64,000 nt of DNA from Candidatus Daviesbacteria bacterium. Lineage in GTDB: Bacteria > Patescibacteriota > Microgenomatia > Daviesbacterales > UBA10151. Positions 1 through 9,601 of this stretch are shown here, one piece after another. Numbering within the stretch: the stretch's first letter is position 1; every line of letters begins with the position of its first letter. The translations under genes and the position numbers were made by a program. The notes under the pieces were generated by a model that saw only the letters and a list, made by a program, of their open reading frames with translations, did not search any database and was not told where the DNA came from. The stretch is from assembly GCA_016176335.1 (NCBI GenBank), contig JACOXI010000003.1, positions 113,104 through 177,103 of the forward strand, given 5' to 3'.

Positions 1-23
1 TACTATGCGCATAACTTAATAAT

Positions 24-97
24 ATCTCAAAACTCAAATGTCAAAACTATAACTTTTAACTGCCTTCGGCAGAACAAATCTTAAAACATTTGAGATT
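24..97 (+). repeat. Partial copy of the ~110-bp CAAA/TTTG heptamer element, with an inserted CTGCCTTCGGCAG hairpin
   Basis: ATCTCAAAACTCAAATGTCAAAACTATAACT (24-54) matches the reverse complement of 45699-45736 except for one 7-nt unit, and matches 18163 onward. Confidence 0.8.
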
Positions 98-1937
98 ATT
101 TTAGATCTACAGAATAAATTTTACTCCCATCAAGCAAATATACTTTCTTCCCTACTTCATCCACCACCAAATCCGTTGATGTTGCGAATTTTTCTCCCTC
201 AATTTGTCCTTTATAACTGCCGGTCTTTGTTAAGATCAAGAGTCTGGAATTGCCGGAGTCCAGAAGATACAGATTCTCTGTATCGGATGAGACAAAAAAG
301 CTCTTAGGACCCAAAACTCCTCTATCCAAACCCTCATACCCAAAATGGTCTTTTTCTCCTCTCGTGAACCTTAACATCTCCCCACCGGATTTTAATACAT
401 AGACAGAAGACTCAATCTGCATCCTTAAGCTGCCGGCAAAATCCGGCTTTGTACCGGCAGTTAAATATTCTCTTTTGCCGGAATATCCTTCAGCAATCGG
501 CAGATATTTCCAAATCTGTCCATTATTTGGCGTATCTTTGCCGATAGTATCCAGCAAATAAACATTGCCGGCAAAACCATACAAATCTGCAATTTGTCCC
601 AAATCTTGATCTGTTTTGGCAACTTCGGTGATTTTTTGACTCCCTGTATCCACCCTTAATATCCCTTTATCTTTTGAGAAAACAAAAGCTAGCGCTCCGT
701 TTAGGGAAACAAAAGTGGCTTCACCCAATGTTTGGGATCCTGCTAAAATTTGATTTGTCTTCTTTCCGATATCAACCAACACCAGTGTTTTAACAGTCGG
801 ATCCAACAGCAAAATCTTGCCTGACGATAAACTCATCCTGGTGGCATTGAAGTTTTCTTTAACCAAGTTTAAATCCAAAAATATCGGGAATTCGGAAACT
901 TTAGATTGTTGCAAAATTGAGGCCGATTCCTGACTAATCTGCGCTTTCAAATTTTTGCCCTCCTCATCTTTAGGCTTTAAAGATAAGGCTTTATCAATCT
1001 CATCCTTGGCAGAGTCCAATCTGGCTTTTGCCTCAACCCGGTTTAGGGTGGACAGACCTTTGGCCGCATTAAAATCATCCCGGGCCTGCTTTAAAGTCTG
1101 GTTGAAAAGAGTCTGTTTTTGCTCATCTTTTGCGGATTTAAATCTTAAAGCCAATCCTCCTGCCAAAAAAATTAGCAAAATTGCCGCCAAAATAAGTTTT
1201 CCTCTGCCGCTTTTGGGGATAAAAGAATTGAGCTTGATTAAAAGAAAAAAAGTCTTTTCCGGTATTTTTGTCAGGAGAAATCTGGAAAATGTGATGCTTT
1301 CTCCCCTCATTACCGGCTGTTGCTCAACTTTCTGATCTAAACTTTCAATTGCCACACTCTCTACTTCCTTTTCCACCTCAACCAAAAGTCCTGCCAAACC
1401 ATTGCCTTCCGAATTCAGCGCACCAATTCTATCTGTTAAATCCCCCTCAAAAGCATCCATCGGCAAATTTAAGGACTGATGAATATCGTCTGATAAAACA
1501 TCAGTCAAATTTTTTGTGGCAAAAAATATCCTGTCTCCCTCTTGCAAGAATCCCGAGACAAGTTGGGCAGGAGCGCCGATTGAAAAAAGCGAAGAAATTT
1601 TTTCTGCTCTTTTGAGAAAAACTTCAACATTTCCCAACCCGATAAAATACAATACTTTTCCGAGAATGGATGCCACCAGAATATCAAATTCCGCTCCTTC
1701 AAACTTTTTCTTGGCTTCCTCGTAAGTAACATTAAGTTTTTCCGAAGGAGTACCTTCCGCCTCAAAATAAAAATCGGAAAGCTCGGATAAGGCCAATCTG
1801 CCTTTGGTAAAAGCGTCATCGGACACAAGCTCCAAAACTGCAAAAAAAGCATCATCCCCGTCCCTGATCAAGGAAGTTACTTGGGCAGCTTTTTGGTCGG
1901 TGTTCAGCCCGAGAACTTGAGCAACATTTAGTTTCAC
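96..1937 (-). CDS. Membrane-anchored hypothetical protein (degenerate PP2C-like N-terminus, TM, helical stalk, C-terminal beta-propeller-like domain)
   Basis: 613-aa ORF; TM at LILAAILLIFLAGGLAL; NHL-like repeats (LYLLDSGNSRLL, VYLLDG). Confidence 0.75.
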   Translation of the reverse strand: MKLNVAQVLGLNTDQKAAQVTSLIRDGDDAFFAVLELVSDDAFTKGRLALSELSDFYFEAEGTPSEKLNVTYEEAKKKFEGAEFDILVASILGKVLYFIGLGNVEVFLKRAEKISSLFSIGAPAQLVSGFLQEGDRIFFATKNLTDVLSDDIHQSLNLPMDAFEGDLTDRIGALNSEGNGLAGLLVEVEKEVESVAIESLDQKVEQQPVMRGESITFSRFLLTKIPEKTFFLLIKLNSFIPKSGRGKLILAAILLIFLAGGLALRFKSAKDEQKQTLFNQTLKQARDDFNAAKGLSTLNRVEAKARLDSAKDEIDKALSLKPKDEEGKNLKAQISQESASILQQSKVSEFPIFLDLNLVKENFNATRMSLSSGKILLLDPTVKTLVLVDIGKKTNQILAGSQTLGEATFVSLNGALAFVFSKDKGILRVDTGSQKITEVAKTDQDLGQIADLYGFAGNVYLLDTIGKDTPNNGQIWKYLPIAEGYSGKREYLTAGTKPDFAGSLRMQIESSVYVLKSGGEMLRFTRGEKDHFGYEGLDRGVLGPKSFFVSSDTENLYLLDSGNSRLLILTKTGSYKGQIEGEKFATSTDLVVDEVGKKVYLLDGSKIYSVDLK

Positions 1938-1952
1938 GTTTTTTGAATCCTT

Positions 1953-2189
1953 TCAAAGAATTCCCCAAATCAAAATGATTAATCCTATGGCCAAGCCTGC
2001 GTGTACAATTGACACTGCCGAAACAATGGGGGAAACCTTGGTAATTAAAGTTTTGGACATAAGAGTTACTTGTCTGACAATCATTATGGCAAATATAGCG
2101 TAAAATAGTAAAATTATCAAAATTGCAGTCTTCAAAAAGACCAGTACTGCATCAGAATCAAAAAGATTAGTCGGGGTGGTGGTAGGCAT
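1953..2189 (-). CDS. Small two-TM membrane protein (DUF5657-like)
   Basis: Start revised to ATG 2189 after a GGGGGAG RBS; two hydrophobic helices with an IVRQVxLM motif. Confidence 0.7.
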   Translation of the reverse strand: MPTTTPTNLFDSDAVLVFLKTAILIILLFYAIFAIMIVRQVTLMSKTLITKVSPIVSAVSIVHAGLAIGLIILIWGIL

Positions 2190-2739
2190 CTCTCCCCCTT
2201 CCGTAAATTTTGTGCGCTTCATCCAAAACAAAATCCGCCACATGATGCGGCCTTGGTATAGAGTGCAAATCTATATTTTTTGTGGCACCTGCTGTCTGAA
2301 TAAAAACATCACCGTAATTAAAAACGGAATTTAGTATTCCGCCCATAGAAGATGAGGTATCTTCAATGTTTCTTAAGGGGGCTACATCAATATTTTTAAA
2401 AAGGATGGAATGAAAATCAACATCAACTATGTTTTTATCGGTCACTATATACACATTAAAATACCAATATAAGAAACCCTCAAAAGCAATAATTAGAATC
2501 AGCAGATAGTTAATAATTAAAAAAACTATTCCGTATGCGGGAGGAAGAAAGGATAAATCAATCCCTGCGGATGAAAATAATCCCGGCAGCAAAATTGGGA
2601 GAAAAAACAGCAGAACAGATGGTGCTATCCAAGACAAATTTGTAATGGGGTGCGCTCTTAAAAGTAAAAGGATCTTTTCGTCCGTGTCTTGACCTTCAAA
2701 GCGGCAATTGACAGGTCTTTCTATATAAGCAGAAAACAT
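2167..2739 (-). CDS. Bacterial PH-domain membrane protein
   Basis: Two TMs, then YWYFNVYIVTDKNIVD..NIED..FNYGDVFIQTAG. Confidence 0.85.
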   Translation of the reverse strand: MFSAYIERPVNCRFEGQDTDEKILLLLRAHPITNLSWIAPSVLLFFLPILLPGLFSSAGIDLSFLPPAYGIVFLIINYLLILIIAFEGFLYWYFNVYIVTDKNIVDVDFHSILFKNIDVAPLRNIEDTSSSMGGILNSVFNYGDVFIQTAGATKNIDLHSIPRPHHVADFVLDEAHKIYGRGRDAYHHPD

Positions 2740-2770
2740 GACAGTTGGAGTATATCACAAGTAGCTTAAG

Positions 2771-4507
2771 TTACTTGGTTTCCACATTAAACAATGGTCC
2801 CACTATTTGAATATTGGCAGGCGCTCTTTGGTTAAAGTAATTTTTAAAATCCGAACCTGAAAAAGTTATCCCGTTAATAGTAACTGAGGTCGTTCGTCCA
2901 CTTCCAAAATCAGCACTAACAGAAACTGAGGAAGCATTATCAATAGGAGTCCCTCCTCTTGATCTAAGTTCTTGTTTTACCCTATCAGAACTCCAGTTAT
3001 CCGTTAGGGGACAACCTTGTTTAGGATCAGGTGGAGGAGCTGGTTTATCAGGTTGGAAGACAAAACATCCTAAAGAGGAATCTTTTTGCATAAGCATGAT
3101 TACATTGGCAATATCTGCAACTTCATCTAACTTAAGCCAGGCAGATTTGGCATATTCATTTCTATACCCTTGTGCCGCATAAAAACAGGGAGAATCTTTA
3201 TCATAAGCTTTGGAAAACAGATCCCCAAAGTTGCCTACATCCCCACCTATATCCCTAATTCTTTTGGTGAAAGAAGTGCCGGATCCCCAAACATCAGCGG
3301 ATGAAAAAGTATACCCTCCGTCTGTGGAAGAATACCAGGCTTTAACCGCCGACCCACCCGATACCATGACTTTTCCGTTAGTTTCGTTGACAGCCCGCTC
3401 CCAGTTTCCTCCTTTGTTGCCGCCTTTGTAAACCTGACACTGTTGGGTGGTGCAAATCTCTCCTGACCCATTGTTGGTGTAAGCCAGGGCATAAGAGCGG
3501 GCAGCAGCGGCTTGAGCTTTTAAAGCCTCAATCGGCCAGGAATCAGGCATCTCGTAAATGCCCAAAAGATAGGTTTCTAAAGGTATAGAGCCGTATCCTT
3601 GGACAGAAATATTAATGTTTGGTCTTTGTTCAAAACTAAAATCTTGGAAATAAGCTCTTAAGATATCTTCATGGCTTTGTCCAGCTTGGGCTCTACCTAA
3701 AGCCCCATACTGGTTCATACCAACTCTGTGCGGGATACCGAAAGTAAAGAAGGCAAATGCCGGTCTAAAACCCGGGTCCAAATTCCGGTCATCAGTACAA
3801 AACAGGGGGCCTGCACCCAAAGAAGTAGGCAGATTTAAGGATGCCTGTCTTTGAGCAATGATGGCTTGTTGACGAGCAGTCAGTTGAGCAATTTTTGAGG
3901 ATAGCTCGGACTGGAAGGCTTTGGCTTTGCTTATCTCCCCTCCTAAAAATTTGGCATTTTTATCTACTTCTGCTTGCAGGATGGCCAACCTGGCTTTATC
4001 TTTTTCCAGTTTATCTTTTTGGGTCAACAGATCAATCACTTCTTGAGTTATTGAGGAAATAATTTGCCTGTCTTCTTTGGCAACTGTTTGGCGGTAGGAT
4101 AATTCTCTGAATAAATCACCGGCTTGAAAGGAAGAAAGAATGACAATTAAAGGGTCTGAAAGAAATGACCTGATGTAATAGGCCCTGACCCTCTCTTCCA
4201 AAAGAGCTTGCTGAAGAGCAATTTTATCTTCTCTGACATCTAACTCTTTTTGTTTAGTCTGAATATTGGCGGATAAAGTGTTTAAGCTTGCCTGGATTTG
4301 GGCCAGTTGTCTTTGTAAAGAAGAAAACTGTCCTTCCAAAGGCTTGGTGGCGGAAACAGACAGCTCTCTTTGCTTGTTTAAATCATTAATTTGTCTTTGT
4401 AAATCCTCTATCTCATCAGCATGGACAGTTGGTAGTAAGTAGTTAGTAGTAAGTAGTAAGGAAAAAAAGGTGAAGATAGCTATCAAAAACTTTTTGCCAG
4501 AAGACAT
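2771..4507 (-). CDS. SpoIID/LytB-domain peptidoglycan hydrolase with N-terminal coiled coil
   Basis: Signal peptide, long coiled coil, EMPDSWPIEALKAQAAAARSYA, CTTQQCQVY and HRVGMNQYGA; start revised to MSSGKK. Confidence 0.9.
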   Translation of the reverse strand: MSSGKKFLIAIFTFFSLLLTTNYLLPTVHADEIEDLQRQINDLNKQRELSVSATKPLEGQFSSLQRQLAQIQASLNTLSANIQTKQKELDVREDKIALQQALLEERVRAYYIRSFLSDPLIVILSSFQAGDLFRELSYRQTVAKEDRQIISSITQEVIDLLTQKDKLEKDKARLAILQAEVDKNAKFLGGEISKAKAFQSELSSKIAQLTARQQAIIAQRQASLNLPTSLGAGPLFCTDDRNLDPGFRPAFAFFTFGIPHRVGMNQYGALGRAQAGQSHEDILRAYFQDFSFEQRPNINISVQGYGSIPLETYLLGIYEMPDSWPIEALKAQAAAARSYALAYTNNGSGEICTTQQCQVYKGGNKGGNWERAVNETNGKVMVSGGSAVKAWYSSTDGGYTFSSADVWGSGTSFTKRIRDIGGDVGNFGDLFSKAYDKDSPCFYAAQGYRNEYAKSAWLKLDEVADIANVIMLMQKDSSLGCFVFQPDKPAPPPDPKQGCPLTDNWSSDRVKQELRSRGGTPIDNASSVSVSADFGSGRTTSVTINGITFSGSDFKNYFNQRAPANIQIVGPLFNVETK

Positions 4508-4594
4508 GTTTTTAATTTTACCATCACGAGCTACCAACTACCATCTACTGGCTACTGATTTTAACTTGTGGTAAGCTGAAACTAATGTCCAAAG

Positions 4595-4825
4595 TTACTT
4601 AAGAAGTTTGATAAATTTATCTTTTGTAATTTCTAAATCTCTTTTGATGATTTTTGTTAACAGCCCAATACCGATGGTATCCGATGGATGAATAGGTATG
4701 GTAGTTCTCCTTCCATCAGAATGTATATAAACTGCATGGCTGCCGCTCTGATCACGGAATTGAAAACCCAATTTTAAAGTCACTTTTACTAAGTCCCGTG
4801 CTTTAATTTGGGGTAATTTTGACAT
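4595..4825 (-). CDS. hicA: HicA family toxin
   Basis: 76 aa; GF..QSGSH..Y.H.DGRRTTIPIH..IG.GLL.KI. Confidence 0.9.
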   Translation of the reverse strand: MSKLPQIKARDLVKVTLKLGFQFRDQSGSHAVYIHSDGRRTTIPIHPSDTIGIGLLTKIIKRDLEITKDKFIKLLK

Positions 4826-5068
4826 TTAGACGGTAACTTCAAGTGAAGTTAAACTGACAGGCTGGACTTTAGGAATTTCTTGTCTGTCTTCTTTAGAAAT
4901 CTTTAAATTAAGTTTGATAGCATCACGGATGTTGGTAATTGCTTCCTCCAGTGTCTTACCTTGAGTATGACAACCCTGTATTTCAGGACAATCGGCTACA
5001 AAAAAACCGTCTTCATCTTTCTCGATAATTACAGGAAAATTGTAGGTGGTAGTTTTAATCTTTTTCAT
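4826..5068 (-). CDS. hicB: HicB family antitoxin (short form)
   Basis: FPVIIEKDEDGFFVADCPEIQGCHTQGKTLEEAI.NI.DAI; start revised to MKKIKT; lies upstream of hicA. Confidence 0.9.
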   Translation of the reverse strand: MKKIKTTTYNFPVIIEKDEDGFFVADCPEIQGCHTQGKTLEEAITNIRDAIKLNLKISKEDRQEIPKVQPVSLTSLEVTV

Positions 5069-5138
5069 AGCCAAATTGTACCATAAAATATTTTCAATCA
5101 CTAGTCCCAAAACCCTAAAATATGCTAAGCTGAAAATA

Positions 5139-6290
5139 ATGTCCAAGGTTAATAAAATTCTCGCAATAATATTTTTATTTAGTTTTGGCCTACTGGTTTA
5201 TTTCCCTCAGACAGTAGCGGCAGCCAATTGTCCCTTTACTTTTGATCCTCCTGTACCTTACCAAAATATGGGTGATTTATCGGTAACTATTACACCTCGT
5301 GATATAAAAAGTGGAACTTACCAACTTGTGACTTACAAAGGAAATATCTCCAAACCTGAAATAAATACACGTGGTGATATTCAATTAATTACAGGAAAGG
5401 CTGTTACCACTCAGCTCAAAAAACCACTCTCTGGATGGGAAGCAGGCACTTACACACTCTACCTGAGAGACCGAGATGTTGAGGGTAGTGTTCAAGATGT
5501 GGCTGCTTGTAAAACAAGCTTTTCCTTATCAGATATCCCAGCCCAACCTACATGTACGGCTAGTATAGAAACAAAACCAATTGATCCTGATACTAAAGTC
5601 GTATTAAAAATCTCCGATATTGCATCAGGTAATTACGATATATTAATAAATAATGAGTTTGCCGAGACATATAACACAAGTACCGGTGAAACAGTGTTTT
5701 TATGTAAGGGTGGAACTGAAGATAAGAATTGCAAATTTAATGTTGGTACCTATACAGTCACTATTAAAAACCAATGCGGATTCGGCGATTTCACTTGCAA
5801 AAGCCGGCTGCAGTGCAAGCCAGTAGCTTTCCAGGTTGCTCCTTTAGGAAGTGCTGGAGGTGGGCAGGTAGATACAACTCAAGTAGGGACTGCGACTACA
5901 AAGCAATGTAAAAGTAAGGATGATCCAACTTTCAATAAGAACACCGATATGGTTTGTGCTCTAGCTGGAGGGATTCCATGCGAGAATAAAAACGATGGCA
6001 GAGGACCAGCTTTTGCTACTGCCATTGGCTGTATTCATACCTCTCCTGTTGAATTTATCAAGGACTTTTTAAAGTTTATCTTGGGGATTTCCGGAGGATT
6101 GGCATTTTTGATGATGCTTTTGGGAATATTTCAGATGCTGACTTCTGCCGGTAATCCGGAGACTTTATCAGCCGGCAGGGACAGGTTGCAATCTGCCGTC
6201 ATAGGACTTTTGTTTGTAATTTTTGCTGTTCTTCTGCTTCGAATTATTGGAGTTGATATACTGGGACTGGGAGGACAGTTTGGTTTATAA
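5139..6290 (+). CDS. Large Cys-rich secreted protein with C-terminal VirB2/TrbC-type pilin domain
   Basis: Signal peptide, many Cys, C-terminal TAIGCI..TSAGNPE..GRD.L.SAVIGL; start revised to MSKVNK. Confidence 0.8.
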   Translation: MSKVNKILAIIFLFSFGLLVYFPQTVAAANCPFTFDPPVPYQNMGDLSVTITPRDIKSGTYQLVTYKGNISKPEINTRGDIQLITGKAVTTQLKKPLSGWEAGTYTLYLRDRDVEGSVQDVAACKTSFSLSDIPAQPTCTASIETKPIDPDTKVVLKISDIASGNYDILINNEFAETYNTSTGETVFLCKGGTEDKNCKFNVGTYTVTIKNQCGFGDFTCKSRLQCKPVAFQVAPLGSAGGGQVDTTQVGTATTKQCKSKDDPTFNKNTDMVCALAGGIPCENKNDGRGPAFATAIGCIHTSPVEFIKDFLKFILGISGGLAFLMMLLGIFQMLTSAGNPETLSAGRDRLQSAVIGLLFVIFAVLLLRIIGVDILGLGGQFGL

Positions 6291-6299
6291 TTTAAACCC

Positions 6300-6617
6300 A
6301 TGGAAAAGCTTGGTGATTTATTAAAAGATTCCGGTGTGCCAAACTTTAGCGGTCAAAATGCCAAACTTGGAGTACTTTTATCCGGCCTTTTAAACATAGC
6401 TTTTTATATTGCTGTTTTTTTGGCTTTTTATTGGCTGGTGTGGGGGGCTTGGGCTTATCTTTTTGCTTCAGGTAAAAAAGAAGACCTGGCCAAAGCACGG
6501 GCGCGAATCAGTTGGGCCTTAATAGGGTTAATTGTGATCTTTTTGGCTTACTTTATAGCCAAATATGCTTCGGAGTTTTTCCCAACACAATTTGGTAAAG
6601 GAGGAGGACCGTTTTGA
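6300..6617 (+). CDS. VirB2/TrbC-type pilin
   Basis: Two TMs linked by ASGKKEDLAKARARISWALIG. Confidence 0.85.
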   Translation: MEKLGDLLKDSGVPNFSGQNAKLGVLLSGLLNIAFYIAVFLAFYWLVWGAWAYLFASGKKEDLAKARARISWALIGLIVIFLAYFIAKYASEFFPTQFGKGGGPF

Positions 6618-7018
6618 GAGAATTTAGAATTAAGCTTTTTTTGAATTATTTTTTTATAGCTTTATTCTTGATTCTTACAGCTTTATTCTTACCAATCCCT
6701 GCTTATGCTGCATCTCCTGCTCCCGGGGTAGATATTAAAGAGTATTTTGGTTTTGGAAATATTGGCTCTTTGGGGGAAGGGACTACCAGACTGGTGGAGC
6801 CGGCTTTTCAGTTAACAGCAGCAGTGGTGGTGATCTACTTTCTTTTGGGGGCATTTAAATACTTAAGGGCAGGTGGCAACAAAGAGGAACTGGAGGGTGC
6901 AAGGCAAATGATTATCCATGCCATTATTGGGTTTATAATACTCATGTTTGCTTTTTTGGTGTTACAGTTTATATTATCGAACTTGTTTAAAGTAACTGAT
7001 TTTCAGATAATAGGGTAA
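6614..7018 (+). CDS. VirB2/TrbC-type pilin
   Basis: Signal peptide plus AGGNKEELEGARQMIIHAIIG. Confidence 0.85.
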   Translation: MREFRIKLFLNYFFIALFLILTALFLPIPAYAASPAPGVDIKEYFGFGNIGSLGEGTTRLVEPAFQLTAAVVVIYFLLGAFKYLRAGGNKEELEGARQMIIHAIIGFIILMFAFLVLQFILSNLFKVTDFQIIG

Positions 7019-7020
7019 TT

Positions 7021-7353
7021 ATGGATTTTTCAAAAAATTTCGGCTCTATTAGTCCCCCGCCTGCTATAAAAGATTTTATTGGCAGTGACCCAACAGGCGC
7101 AGGTGGAATTAGTCAGTTTTTAAGTAATCTTGTGACCCTGATTTATGGTTTAGCTGCCATAGTTTTGCTTTTTATGATCCTTTGGGGAGCTTTTGACTGG
7201 ATGACTTCCGGAGGGGAAAAAGAAAAGTTAGAATCTGCCAGAAATAAAATCATCAGTGCCATAATCGGCATCATGCTTTTTGCAGTGGCTTTTGCTATCA
7301 TCCAGGTTTTAGGCCAATTTACAGGATTTACATTTTTCGTCGGCCAAAAGTGA
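7021..7353 (+). CDS. VirB2/TrbC-type pilin
   Basis: WMTSGGEKEKLESARNKIISAIIG between two TMs. Confidence 0.85.
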   Translation: MDFSKNFGSISPPPAIKDFIGSDPTGAGGISQFLSNLVTLIYGLAAIVLLFMILWGAFDWMTSGGEKEKLESARNKIISAIIGIMLFAVAFAIIQVLGQFTGFTFFVGQK

Positions 7354-7410
7354 CCCTAATTCAACCAGCACTTGACAAGTAGTTTATACTTTGAATAAGA
7401 TTAAGACATT

Positions 7411-7785
7411 GTGAAAAAATTAGTTGTTTTATTATCAACCATTATTGCGCTTGTAGCCCCCAAGATAGCCTTTGCCGCTACTCCACCACCAGTTGTTGTT
7501 AGTCCTCCTCCTCAAGGATATCAGAATTTGGGAAATTTTATTACCCAAGCCATCACTTTGATTTTCGGGTTCGCCATTCTGGTAGTTTTGGTCATGCTGG
7601 TTTGGGGAGCATTTGAGTGGATTACCTCCGGAGGAGACAAGGAAGCTGTTGGCAAAGCCAGAAATAGAATTATTAATGCTTTGATAGGATTGGCTGTGTT
7701 GGCTGTGGCATATGCCCTGACAAAAGTGGCTGCAGATTTTGTAGGCATCAATCTTCTCAATATCACAATACCCGGACCGCCATAA
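7411..7785 (+). CDS. VirB2/TrbC-type pilin (possible major subunit)
   Basis: Signal peptide (AFA), WITSGGDKEAVGKARNRIINALIG; TTGACA at about 7372 suggests its own promoter. Confidence 0.85.
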   Translation: MKKLVVLLSTIIALVAPKIAFAATPPPVVVSPPPQGYQNLGNFITQAITLIFGFAILVVLVMLVWGAFEWITSGGDKEAVGKARNRIINALIGLAVLAVAYALTKVAADFVGINLLNITIPGPP

Positions 7786-7830
7786 TTTTTCTATTTGATC
7801 TTTACAGCCTCTTAATGTTAACCTTAAAAT

Positions 7831-8145
7831 ATGGGTCCTGATGCAGCCGGATTAGATCAGATTGAGCAAGTTTTTACAAGTGTTATATCTGTGATGGTAG
7901 GTTTGGGGTTTGTGGCGCTTTTGGTACTTTTGGTTTTGGCCGGGTTCAAATACCTGACCTCCGGAGGAGAGCAAAAAGCTGTACAGCAGGCTCATCTAAC
8001 AGTTACCTGGGCGCTTTTGGGAATACTTTTTATGGCCATTGCCTGGCTGCTGCTGCAGCTTATTGAAAACTTTACCGGAATAAAAGTCACTACTTTTGAT
8101 ATTAAAAGTTTGTGTGAAGTTGGTGGCAAGCAATTTTGTAAGTGA
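7831..8145 (+). CDS. VirB2/TrbC-type pilin
   Basis: YLTSGGEQKAVQQAHLTVTWALLG between two TMs. Confidence 0.85.
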   Translation: MGPDAAGLDQIEQVFTSVISVMVGLGFVALLVLLVLAGFKYLTSGGEQKAVQQAHLTVTWALLGILFMAIAWLLLQLIENFTGIKVTTFDIKSLCEVGGKQFCK

Positions 8146-8216
8146 ATTGTTCCAGCAAGAATTCACTTGACAGTTTAATTTAAAACAACTTAATCTTAAG
8201 TTAGGTAAAAAACCTC

Positions 8217-9529
8217 ATGAGGGAACACTGGCAACCAACCATAGAAGCTAATCGGCCACCAAACCAGCGTGATTTGCTCACACAACTACCCAGACCACTT
8301 CGAATAGTTTCTGCTGCTTTATCAGCAGCCATCAGTTTAGCACTGGCTGCCTGTGGGCCTACCCCTGCGCCTACCCCTAAACCTAGTCCTGAACAACCAG
8401 GATCATCGCCTGCTGTGGCAACTAAAGTTGAGACCCCCCCTCCGCAAGGATTCTGCCTTTGGATGGAGAGGTATATTTTACACAAGGAACTCATCCTTCA
8501 GACGGTTCTTCTACTGGTATCAAAAGTGGCATTGACTTGGCCCCCAAAAGAGTGGTCAATTGTGCCTTGGGAACTAAAGCTTTAGTAGAGGAGCAAGCCG
8601 CCCTCGCTACTGCCTCCGGCATACTCACAATTGTAGGAAACGAGAAAGATGCCAATGACCCAAATCACAGTATTGTGGAAATACAAGAGAGTGGCACTGG
8701 ATTACGGTTCGGGCTGATGCATTTGAGTCAATTACCCGACCATGTCCAAGTTGGCGGTAGGGTCTTAGCAGGAGCCCCTATTGGTAAATCTTCTTGTGAG
8801 GTCCCGAAAGGAGGCAAGACTACCGGAGTCCACCTACACCAGTATGTCAAAGATAAAACGGGTAAATATCTTCCTATTAATGGATTCACTTTTTCCGGGT
8901 GGAGAGTTGCGGGAGACACTATGACTAAGGGGAATGAAAAAAGAGTGGCAGATCAAAGACGCTGCGCCACTGATCAAGCCTGTGGCGGAATCAGGAATGA
9001 TTTAGGAACATTTTGGAGGAGTTCAAAGAGTGGTCTAGTAGACTCTGTGAAAGTCGATCCCCTACCCACAGTTACTCCTACAAGAATAGTCCCAAAATCG
9101 CCACCTCGGCAGGCAGAGTCTATCCCTACCACCCCATCCGCAGCAGCTAGGTTATTCATCCAAGCACTCGTTTCTGGGGACAGCAACAAAGCCCTGCAAT
9201 TGATGCCAGTTCCTGGTCAGGCTACATACAAAGCGGTTATGCTTGGCATTTCAGATGCACTTCGTGCATGTTCAGGGAGCGTCACTGAAGCGTCACACGG
9301 TCTTCGAAGTTACTATAATATTAGTTTTACTCCTTCATGTGGAACATTTGGCAGTTATTACGACGCGCTGCCGTCACATGATGTTGGTAATGTTAAGGCG
9401 GCATTCGCGTTGCTTGGACAAATCGACCCCTTGCGTAATCGACGTTTGGTTGGATGTACGGTAACAGTCATGTCAGTCAATGACCAATGGAGGATTATGT
9501 ACTTACCTACATGCCTACCGTCTCAATAA
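8217..9529 (+). pseudogene. M23 peptidase lipoprotein split by a 1-nt frameshift (ORFs 8217-8585 and 8459-9529)
   Basis: Lipobox LAAC and Pro linker in the first frame; M23 motifs (GIDLA, MHL, TGVHLH) in the -1 frame, which is open from 8432 across a C7 run. Confidence 0.7.
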
Positions 9530-9601
9530 GAGTTAAAAGTCGTGTTACTTAAAGAACTTTAAAACTTGCAAAAATAGATCGGTTTGTTTTACTGTTAGAG
9601 T

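Noticed and set aside
1-12. Possible gene start (MRIV) on - at the window edge
   Set aside because: Only four codons are visible, which cannot support a call.
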